From: Chiloscyllium plagiosum
Taxonomy: Eukaryota
DNA: 44,000 nucleotides
Direction of reading: 5' to 3'
Assembly (NCBI RefSeq): GCF_004010195.1
Contig: NW_025214455.1
Span: 1 to 44,000 of the forward strand
Shown: positions 34,730 through 44,000 of the stretch, one piece after another
Position numbering within the stretch: position 1 is the first letter of the stretch
Layout: each line of letters opens with the position of its first letter
Translations under genes and position numbers: made by a program
The notes under the pieces: generated by a model
Told to the model about the DNA's origin: nothing
Databases searched by the model: none
Seen by the model: only the letters and a program-made list of their open reading frames with translations

Positions 34730-35045
34730 TGAGAATCCCTACAGTGCAGCAACAGGCCCATCGACCGAACAAGTCCACACAAACCCTCCAAAAAACACTC
34801 AAATCCATTACCCTCCCTTATATTTACCCCAACTATTAACCTACGGTATGGGTAATATATCATGGCCAATTCACCTAACCGGCGCACCATTTTGTCTTGT
34901 GGGATGAAATTTGAGGACCTGGAGGAAACTCACGCAGACACGTGGAGAACGTGCAAACGCCACACACACAGGCCTTCGAGGCTGGAATCGAAGCCAGCCC
35001 CTCATGCTCTGAGGCAGCAGTGCTAAAGACTGAAACACCGTGCGT
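34730..35045 (-). mobile_element. HE1/V-SINE-type SINE, near full length
   Basis: Same family as 4560-4822. The plus strand has GAAACTCACGCAGACACGTGGAGAACGTGCAAAC...GAGGCAGCAGTGCTAA...CACCGTGC. Confidence 0.85.
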
Positions 35046-35129
35046 GGAGAGTCAGTCAATTTGCACTGTAGGGTAGCAAGGGATTCAATTACTCATTCGC
35101 ACGTGTAACAGCCCAGTCAGGTGGAATCT

Positions 35130-35330
35130 GTTTCGATCAGATGGCTGCTTTGTTGGCTTATAAAACAGTGTGATGCTCGCAGCGTGGTTCGAATTCCTAT
35201 CAATGGTTTGAGGTTAATTTAAAAGTTGTCCTTCCCTAAATCTTCTCTGACCTGGTTAAATCACCAACAGCCCCTTCTGTCTCAAATGAAGGCAGTAGCC
35301 TCTACGGTCTGGAAAGATGGTAATAGTGCA
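35130..35330 (+). mobile_element. tRNA-derived SINE (family of 465-690)
   Basis: AGCGTGGTTCGAATTCC...TGAGGTTAAT...GGTTAAATCACCA...CTCTACGGTCTGGAAAGATGG. Confidence 0.55.
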
Positions 35331-35714
35331 AACAATCCAGTGAGGTCGCATGTGAATGTGATATAGAGTTGTTGCATCGAGAATTGAACTGTGTTCATTC
35401 TGTCAGCTGGGGTTTACTTCATTGGATGTGTTTAATCTCTTCAATTGATCTGGTGTTTAATTGTTCAGTTTTCAATCACATCAAATTCAAAGATTCTTTT
35501 CCCCAGATTTCTGTACAATTAGAGGAGACTGGTAGATATCGATTGACTGCCCTGTTCTTGATCCTCTTCTTCATTGGTAAGTGTGGATTTGTACTAAAAA
35601 ATATTTCGATGCATTCGGCATTTCTGAATGCTCTTCACATCGAAATGAAGACCTTGTAAAGGCTATTCACTTATATCAGAGAAATAACAATCCTACAGTG
35701 AGAGCATAAGATTG

Positions 35715-36620
35715 TGTTCTCATCAGCGTGAACATGTTTTTGGGACCTCAATTACTGGAAACTTATAAAGCATTTCCCACACTGCGTCATTAAAACAAAT
35801 TATTGTCACAGTGAACCCGTTGGTGTATCAGGAGGATGGATGGCTTCAGTGCATCCTTTCCCCAACTCAGTACATATGAATGGCCTCTCACCAATATGAA
35901 TTCACTCGTCTTTCAGTAAGTTTGAGAAACGTCAGAGCAGGTGAATGGTCTCTTTCCAGTTGAACTCTCTTGTATTTCAGCAGATTGCCGGAATCAATTA
36001 ATAACTTCAAATCGCAGCAGTCGAATGGTCTCATATGAATGATATGAACTCACTGGTGTGTCAGCAGACTGAATGACTGACTGAATGCTTTCCCATTCTT
36101 AGAACAGGGGAACGTCCTCTGTCACAGGGTTCGCAGATGTAAAGTGAGATCAAATGACGGCCTGAACCCACTCCCTCTGAGAGAACACTTGAATGGTTTC
36201 TCATCAACGTGAACACATTGATGGTACAGCAGTTCGTGAAAACTTTTAAAGCGTTTTCCATACTCTGGACAATTAAATGGTTTCTTCTCCGTGTGAACCC
36301 ACTGGTGAGTCAGCAAATTAGAAAACTGAGCAAATCCCTTTCCACACTCAGAACAGTTGAATGGCTTTTCCCCGGTGTGGTTGCACTGATGAATTTTCAG
36401 TACATCGTCACCACATTTTCGGAGTTTCTCTCCAGCGTCCCTCCAATTATGTCTCGATAGTTCAGATAGTGAATGCTTTCACTCCACTGTGAATGTAGCT
36501 TTCTGCTTTCATTTTCAAAGGCCGGTGAGGTTCAGGCGACATGGAACAAAGCAACTCCATCAAATTCTGATACGATGCTTCGTTTCAGTTTCCCAAATGC
36601 AAATCCTCATCTTTGATACC
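35715..36620 (-). pseudogene. C2H2 zinc-finger array pseudogene exon
   Basis: HQWVHTEKKPFNCPEYGKRFKSFHELLYHQCVHVDEKPFKCS (ORF 36122-36316). Repeated GTGAAC/GAATGG finger-boundary motifs on + run down to ~35720. Cys substitutions, stops and frameshifts throughout. Confidence 0.9.
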
Positions 36621-36689
36621 CCTCAAATAAAACCAGATATATCTCAGGAAGAGAGAACTCCTCAAAACACCAAAGCGTATGATTTTCAT

Positions 36690-37260
36690 TTTTCGTCTGG
36701 TGTAGGTATTCCAGAACAGGTCAGCATTTATTGTTCATTCCTGATTTGACTGGACAAGGTGATGATGAGTTGCTTTCTTGAACCATCGTTTCCGTGTGCT
36801 GTCGGTAGACCCACATTATAGGGGAGTGAAATACACAGTTTTGACCCAGTGATTCTGGAGGAACGGCAATATATTTCCAGAGCAGGATGGTAAGTGGGTT
36901 GTAGGTCTTTCCTATCTATTTACTACCCTTTTCCTTTTAGATGGAAGTAGTTGTGAGTTTGTAATGTACTGTTTAAGGACCCTTGGTGAATATCCGCAGT
37001 GCATCTTATGGGTGGTGCGAACTGCATGTCTGAGTGTTTGTTTGTGGTGGGAATGGATGTTGGTCGATGTTTTATTAGTTGTGTGTTGCTGCTCAATTCA
37101 GTTGCTCTGTTCTGGATGGTGTTGACCTTTTCAGTTTTGTTGCAACTGCACTAAGGAATCCTCAAGACGGTTGTGATTTAAATGTCTCTTGCAACTCAGA
37201 TGCTGACTAATCTGCTATGCTTCTCGTGTGCATTGTTTCTTTAACACTGCAATCATGCAG
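36690..37260 (-). mobile_element. Old LINE 3'-end fragment
   Basis: CAGCATTTATTG...TTCTTGAAC...TTTTGACCCAG...GGAACGGCAATATATTTCCA; homologous to 16320-16700 and 24170-24290. Confidence 0.6.
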
Positions 37261-37869
37261 GCGAACAGGAACTGTCCCATCATGTCTCATTCTGTATTGT
37301 AAAGGAGTAAACAGTTGGTCGGGAAAGAACAAAAGAAAGGGAAGAACATTTGGTCAATGAGGTGAATAACGCTCTCGCTCGGAGAGTGAACTGCTGTTAG
37401 TGGAGACTGCCGGTAACAAATATTAGGTGGCGTGTCGTCGCAGGCTATGTGTCAGACAGGCTTTCGGGAGTCGCGAAAATCTCTGACTATGACCTGCTCT
37501 TGTGGCCACAATGATTTTGGCTGCTAAAGTTAGCTTCGCAAAGACATTGTGACTTTCACTGAAAACAAAGAAGGACTTTGGACCCATCTTTCAAATGTCC
37601 ATCATGAAGCAACGTTCCATTCTCATCCCATGTTTTTCAGAACATGGTCTGGAACCTTAAGCGCTGTGGTACACCAAGTCATCAACGAAATATTTTCCTA
37701 ATTCCACCACCTCCAGCGAAACACTATTACCAAACATATATTCCCCTCCCCGCCCTTGTCCGCCTTCCCCAGGAACCATTCCCTCCGCGGGACCGTGGTG
37801 CAATGTGCCTTCTCTCTCAACACCTTCCCATGGAAGTTTTCCCTAAAATCGCGGAATATGTGACACAAA

Positions 37870-39440
37870 CATTCATAGAACATGAGAACGAGGAGCAAGA
37901 CTATGCCATACGGGCCTGAGAGACTGCTTCGCCATTCAATAAGATCATGCCTGATCTTTCCATGGATATACATTCACTTAACCAACCTCTGAAGGTAATC
38001 ATTACTTCCTTTATTGTTCAAACAAAAATCAGCCGTAGCTTAAAAAAAATTATTGATCGAAAATCAACTACTTCGTTGAACATGCAGTTCCATAGAGTAC
38101 TGCTCTGGTTGAAGGAATTCCTTCTCAATTCAGTCCTAACTCGGCTCCTCCTAATCTTGAGGCTGTGCTCTCTTGTCCTAGTTTCATCCGCCAATGGAAG
38201 CATGCTCTCTACTTCTATCTCACACATGTTCTTCATAATTTTAGATGTTCCCATCAGATCCGGCCTCATTCTTCTGAATTTTTGATATAATCCTATTCCA
38301 CATAGTCTCCTGTCATAAGCGAACACCTTCAAATCCGGAATTCCATCCGCCAGAATATTGCCCATTAACCCAATATTTCAATGTTCCTCTGCAAAGTTTC
38401 ACTGTCCTCCGCACTCTTTGCTCAGCTACTCACCTTTGTGTCAACCGTAGATCTTGACACGATGCGCATGGCTCCAAAATCCAAATCATCCATATCAGTT
38501 GTAAGTAATTGCGGCCCCAGTACCAATCCCTGAGGCACACCGTTTTTGGACAATAGAATAGCACTGATTTATCCCCGCTCTGCGCTTCCTGTTGGACAAA
38601 TAATCCTGAATCCATGCTCATACTTTACCCTTAACAACATGCATACGTTTGCTGTCAGCCCCTGAACCGCAAATTGTCGACGGCATTTTTAAAATCTAGG
38701 TACACCAATTCACTGGGTCCCGGAATACACCATGCTCGTAATGCCATCATAGAACTCGAAAAGATTTTTCAGGGATGACCTGCCCTTCCTTAACCCATGC
38801 TGCGTCTGTCCAGTTTCTGTCGAGATGCCCTGCTATTTCTTCCTCGATAATAGACTCAAGAAATTTCTGCACTGCAGAGGTTAAACAAAGTTCAATAATG
38901 TTGGGGAATGGGTCTGGGTGGGTCGCGCTTCGGCGGGTCGGTGTGGACTTGTTGGGCCGAAGGGCCTGTTTCGACACTGTAAGTAATCTGATCTAATTAA
39001 TCATCTTCTGTCTGCCTCCCTTTTTAAACAGTGATGTCATATTTGTGTATTCCAATCAGCTGGGACTGCCCCAGAGACCAACGAATTTTGGAAAAATATC
39101 GTCAGCAAACTTCTTTTTAACACACCATCGCGTTCAACACCCTGCGATGTTAATTAGCTCCAACAATCCAACACTAGCTCTTTTGTTATAATGACTGTTC
39201 CCAGGTCGTCATCAACCGTCATGACTTTGTCAATTACTGGCATGTAATTAATATCCTCCACTGTGAAGACCGACGCAAATGCCTGTTCAATGTCAAGGCT
39301 ATTTCCGCATAAGCCATAAGTAAATGTCCCTTCTTATCCACGAAAGTGTCAACGTTTACTTTTGCCACTCTTTTTCATTTTATATTTTAATATAAACTTC
39401 TGCTACCGATCTTTATATTCTGTGCTAATTTTAATGCCAT
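37870..39440 (-). mobile_element. Old CR1 ORF2 fragments and 3' end, with a SINE tail inserted at ~38895-39000
   Basis: ORF 38018-38365 contains YDRRL..IGLY...RRMRPDL...RTREHSLKIR. The SINE tail GGTGTGGACTTGTTGGGCCGAAGGGCCTGTTTC is on +. Confidence 0.75.
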
Positions 39441-39444
39441 GCTC

Positions 39445-41750
39445 TTTCTCACATTTTCTCTGCATTAAATTCCATTTGCCAACTCTCAGCCCAGCTCTGC
39501 AGCATACCTGTGTCCCTATGTAACCTACAATATCTTTCAGCACTATGCACAACTGTACCGAATTTAGAGTCGTCCGCAAATTTACGAACCCATCCTTCTA
39601 CGCCCCCATCCAGATGACAAAAAGCTGTGAACCCAAAACAGATCGTTGCAGTACACCAAAAGCAACTGAATTCCAGGATGACGTTTTCCCATCAAATAAC
39701 ACCCTCTGTCTTCTTTCAGCTGGCTGGTCCAAAGCACGAAATCCTCCTCAAGCCCATACCTCAGTATTTTGTGCAGTCATCGACCATGGCGAAATTTACA
39801 AAACGGCGAACTGAAATCCAAACGTTCATTACATGAACGGAATTATCCTCATCTATCTGTTTAGTCACCTGGCGAGTTTTAACAAGTTTTAGCTCAGGAT
39901 TAGCTTCCACATGAAGATTTGCTCGCTGAGCTGGAAGGCTCACTTACATACTTTTCTTTCCCCTCCTGGGTAACATCTTCAGTGGGCCTTCGGGCGACGT
40001 ACTGTTCAGGATTTCTGCTTTCTGTTGACATGTTTGGGGTTCTTTGGGTTGGACATGTAATTTCCTGTAGTGATATCATTTCCTGTTCTTTTTCTCAGGG
40101 GGTTGTAGATTGGGTCCATCTCGATGTGCTTTTTGATAGATTTCCGGTTGGAATGCAATGCTTCTCGGAACTCTCGTGTCTGTCTCTGTTTCACATGTGC
40201 TCGGATGGATGCCTTGTCCAAGTCAAAGTGGTGCCTTTCCTTATCTGTATGTAAGGATACCAGTGAGACAGGGTCATGTCGTTTTGTGGCTAGTTGATGT
40301 TCATGTATCCTGGTGGCTCGTTTTCTGCTTATTTTTCCATATGCAAAAACTGATGACATTTACAAAATACCGTGCAAGAACTGGAAACAAACACTACATT
40401 CGACAAACACTACAGTCGACTGAGACAACACATCCATACTAGGACAAGCCAAACAGATACATGCAGAAGAATTCCTCGAAGCATGGCATTCCGACCAGAA
40501 CTCTTCCAACAAACACTTCGAGCTCGACGCCATCGACTACCCGCTGAGGAAGAATAACACGAAATGACGTCACCATCAGAAATTACATCACCAACCCAAA
40601 GATCCTCAAACATATAAATTTTAACAGGAATCATGAACAGTTCTTCGCCTGGAGACCCACTGAAATTGTTACCTCGTAGGTGATGAAATGTCTGGAAATG
40701 AACTTTCCAATTCAGTGAGCAAACCAACATCCAGTTTAATGCCCTACTCAAAGAACTCAATAATGTTTGTGAGTCTCGACCTCCCATTCACAAAACCGGC
40801 TTGACCTTCTCTCATAAACTAATTCCAATCGAGATGATTACAAATTTTATCTCTCAGAACTTTTTCCAACACTTTACCCACAACCGACGGAAGGGTCAAT
40901 GGTCTATAATTTCCACGGTTTTCTCTACTTCTTGAATGAGGGAACAACGTTTACTATCCTGCAGTGTTCTGGTACTATACCTTTGGACAATGACAACATA
41001 AAGATCAAAGTCGAAGGCTCGGAAATCCGATTCTTGGTTTCCCAGAGAATCCTAGGATAAATCCCATCCGACCGACGGGAATTTATATATTTTCACATTT
41101 TCAGAGTCTGTAACACCTCGTCCTTGGGAACTTCAATCCGATCTCGTCTGGTAGACTGTTTCTCAGTATTGTCCTCTACAACGTTTTGTTTTTCCAGAGC
41201 GAATCCTGACAAAAGATATTGCTTTTGCTCTTCCCCCATCACTTCTGTCTCCACGCACTACTTACCACAACTGTCTTTAATTGGCCATATTTTATTCCAT
41301 TCATTCTTTTAGTCCTTACGTAATTATGGAAAGATATAGGATTTTCCCTATTCCTATCTGCCAACAAATGCTCAGCTACCATCCTGGCTCATCTTCAGTC
41401 TCTCTTCAGGTCTTTCATGAACTTCTTCAGTAATCATGACTCCTGCACTTGACAATTTCCTCCCTCTCTGACAGGTACATACTTATCAAATACACACAGA
41501 ACCTGCTCCTTGAATAAGCTCCTCACGTCTATTCTGCCCATTCCCTGCCGTTTCCTTGCCCAACCTGTGCATGCGTGATCATATCTAATCGCATTACAAT
41601 TTTCTTTACCCCAGCAGCAGCACTTGCCCTCCGGTGTATACCTATCCCTTTGAAAAGCTCAAGTAAACATAATTTAATTTTGGTAACTATCACCAAAGTG
41701 CTCGCCTACCGCCACCTTGCCGTGTTCATTACCCGGTATCAAATCTAATT
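39445..41750 (-). mobile_element. CR1 ORF2 segment interrupted by a Penelope insertion
   Basis: The FADD codons read GTCGTCCGCAAA on + (~39569). CR1 sequence breaks at TTAGTCACCT (39870) and resumes at CTCAAAGAACTCAATAA (~40747). Confidence 0.8.
39871..40742. mobile_element. Penelope-like element with inverted (divergent) halves
   Basis: The minus half encodes a GIY-YIG C-terminal segment RKRATRIHEHQLATKRHD...REFREALHS. The plus half encodes IYKIPCKN..HYI.QT and ILGQAKQ..AEEFLEAWHS. Both end in the same terminal repeat (CAGCTCAGCGAGCAAA / CAATTCAGTGAGCAAA). Confidence 0.85.
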
Positions 41751-41779
41751 TGGCCTCTCCCCTTGTTGGCCTGCTTCAT

Positions 41780-42290
41780 TACACAGTAGTTAAGGAATCT
41801 CTCGCAGATACTCAATACTCTCCTCATCAAGGCTACCCTGACTGAGCTGCTTCGACCGATCGACATGTTGATTAAAATACCGCATGATAATTGCCATACC
41901 ATTTTTTCAGGTGTTATTTATGTCTTTGTTTACTGCCCTCCCCAATGTGATCATAAAATTTGGAGCCGGTAGACTTCGACAATCAATGACATTTTTTTCT
42001 TAGAACTTCTACTTTCCTCCCAAATGGATTCAAACTCCTTCTCCATAGAACGTATATAATCTGTCAGCATCGGTCTGAGGTTGTCCTTGAATGTTTGAGT
42101 TACACCACCTTCCTTACCACCATTTCTGTCCTTCCAAATTGTCTCATGCCCGTGAATATTTACCTCCCAGTCTTGACTATGCTGTCTCCATGTATCTGCA
42201 ATGTCTACCAAATTGTATTCGTTCGTGATAATTTATGCCGTTATATCCCCAACTTTCTTCTGAAAAGTACGAGCATTCAGGTATAGTTCC
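41780..42290 (-). mobile_element. CR1 ORF2 N-terminal AP-endonuclease fragment
   Basis: ORF 41951-42211: DIADTW...DWEVNIHG...WKDRNGGKEGGV...ESIWEE...VYR. Confidence 0.8.
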
Positions 42291-42409
42291 TTTATGGTCG
42301 CTTTCTTACCCATTTATTAACAACATCTCTAATAATATCTTCTACGCTATCCTTTCGTCTTGCTTCTTACTTCTCCTCACTTGTCCATTTCTGAACTCCC
42401 TGTTTAGTA

Positions 42410-42564
42410 CACAAGTGCTCAAATACACCTTCCAGGTGAAGCAACACTGCCCCGACACTTCACACATTCCAGTCGAATAGATTCACTGCTCATATTGTGG
42501 TCACCATTACTTTGGGAAATGAAGTCTGGATTGAATGACCGTTTTGCAGAATACAAAGTTCTAT
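42410..42564 (+). mobile_element. Penelope-like GIY-YIG fragment
   Basis: KYTFQVKQH...IHCSYCGHHYFG...LNDRFAE corresponds to a decayed VYCIRC..C...YIGET.R.L..RF.EH motif. Confidence 0.65.
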
Positions 42565-43396
42565 NNNNNNNNNNNNNNNNNNNNNNNNNNNNNNNNNNNN
42601 NNNNNNNNNNNNNNNNNNNNNNNNNNNNNNNNNNNNNNNNNNNNNNNNNNNNNNNNNNNNNNNNNNNNNNNNNNNNNNNNNNNNNNNNNNNNNNNNNNNN
42701 NNNNNNNNNNNNNNNNNNNNNNNNNNNNNNNNNNNNNNNNNNNNNNNNNNNNNNNNNNNNNNNNNNNNNNNNNNNNNNNNNNNNNNNNNNNNNNNNNNNN
42801 NNNNNNNNNNNNNNNNNNNNNNNNNNNNNNNNNNNNNNNNNNNNNNNNNNNNNNNNNNNNNNNNNNNNNNNNNNNNNNNNNNNNNNNNNNNNNNNNNNNN
42901 NNNNNNNNNNNNNNNNNNNNNNNNNNNNNNNNNNNNNNNNNNNNNNNNNNNNNNNNNNNNNNNNNNNNNNNNNNNNNNNNNNNNNNNNNNNNNNNNNNNN
43001 NNNNNNNNNNNNNNNNNNNNNNNNNNNNNNNNNNNNNNNNNNNNNNNNNNNNNNNNNNNNNNNNNNNNNNNNNNNNNNNNNNNNNNNNNNNNNNNNNNNN
43101 NNNNNNNNNNNNNNNNNNNNNNNNNNNNNNNNNNNNNNNNNNNNNNNNNNNNNNNNNNNNNNNNNNNNNNNNNNNNNNNNNNNNNNNNNNNNNNNNNNNN
43201 NNNNNNNNNNNNNNNNNNNNNNNNNNNNNNNNNNNNNNNNNNNNNNNNNNNNNNNNNNNNNNNNNNNNNNNNNNNNNNNNNNNNNNNNNNNNNNNNNNNN
43301 NNNNNNNNNNNNNNNNNNNNNNNNNNNNNNNNNNNNNNNNNNNNNNNNNNNNNNNNNNNNNNNNNNNNNNNNNNNNNNNNNNNNNNNNNNNNNNNN

Positions 43397-44000
43397 CAAA
43401 TTCCGTTCACCCCCCCCCCCCCAGGATATTGGTACCCTTCTGGTTCAGGTGTAGATCATCCCATTTGTAGTGGTCCTCCTACCCCAGAATGAGCCCCAAT
43501 TATCCAGGTACTGAAACCATCCCCCCTGCACCATCCCTGTAGCCAACAGTGTTCAACTTCTCTCACTAACCATTCCTGGCCTTGCTAGCATGTGGCACAG
43601 GTAACAGACCAGGGATAACAACTCTGTTTGTTCTAGCTCTAAGCTTCCATCCTAGCTCCCTGAATTTCTGCCTTAAATTCTCATCCTTTTTCCTACCTAT
43701 GTTGTTGGTGCCTATGTAGACCACGACTTGGGGCTGCTCCCCCTCCCCCTTAAGGATCCCGAAAACATGATCCGAGACATCATGGACCCTGGCACCTGGG
43801 AGGCAACACACCAACTGCGAGTCACTCTCGTTCCCACAGAGTTTCCTATCTGCCCCCATAACTATGGAGTTCCCAATGGCTAATGCTCTACTCCTCTCCC
43901 CCCTCCCCTTCTGAGCAAAGCAGACAGGTTTTGTTCCAGAGATTTGTACTTCATGGTTTACCCCTGATAAGTCCACTCCCCTAACAGTATCTAAAACTTG
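43397..44000 (-). mobile_element. CR1 ORF1 SGNH-esterase region
   Basis: ORF 43566-43976: ALAIGNSIV...VCCLPGARVHDV...VVVYIGTNNIG...VVIPGLLPVP. Confidence 0.9.

Noticed and set aside
43397..44000. Host SGNH lipase/esterase gene
   Set aside because: It is the esterase domain of CR1 ORF1, on the same strand as and upstream of CR1 ORF2 fragments.

Overview
This is eukaryotic (vertebrate) draft-assembly DNA with five N-gaps. Repeat content (HE1/V-SINE-type SINEs, abundant CR1 LINEs, Penelope-like elements, Rex1/Babar) points to a cartilaginous fish, probably a shark; this is inferred from recalled repeat families, with no database search. I see no intact protein-coding gene. 1.9-14.6 kb is a decayed tRNA gene cluster: pseudo-His, Ser(AGA), Ser(TGA), Glu and Thr(AGT), plus one near-intact tRNA-Gly(TCC). 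It overlaps an old local segmental duplication (about 2.5-6.4 kb vs 10.7-12.8 kb). 15-25 kb is nested retroelements with a CRE-containing promoter-like patch at 22.4 kb. 25.9-31.0 kb holds candidate minus-strand exons of an unidentified, disabled spliced gene behind an ETS-CRE-like motif. 31.1-33.7 kb is a degraded class I (gamma/epsilon-like) endogenous retrovirus (PBS-gag-TAG-protease). 34.1-36.6 kb holds two convergent C2H2 zinc-finger pseudogene exons. 37.9-44 kb is a CR1 patchwork with Penelope insertions. Several Penelope-derived termini carry minimal hammerhead-ribozyme-like cores. I cannot demonstrate a new biological system. The best leads are the ERV fossil, the unidentified spliced pseudogene, the hammerhead-centred palindromic elements and the tRNA graveyard.
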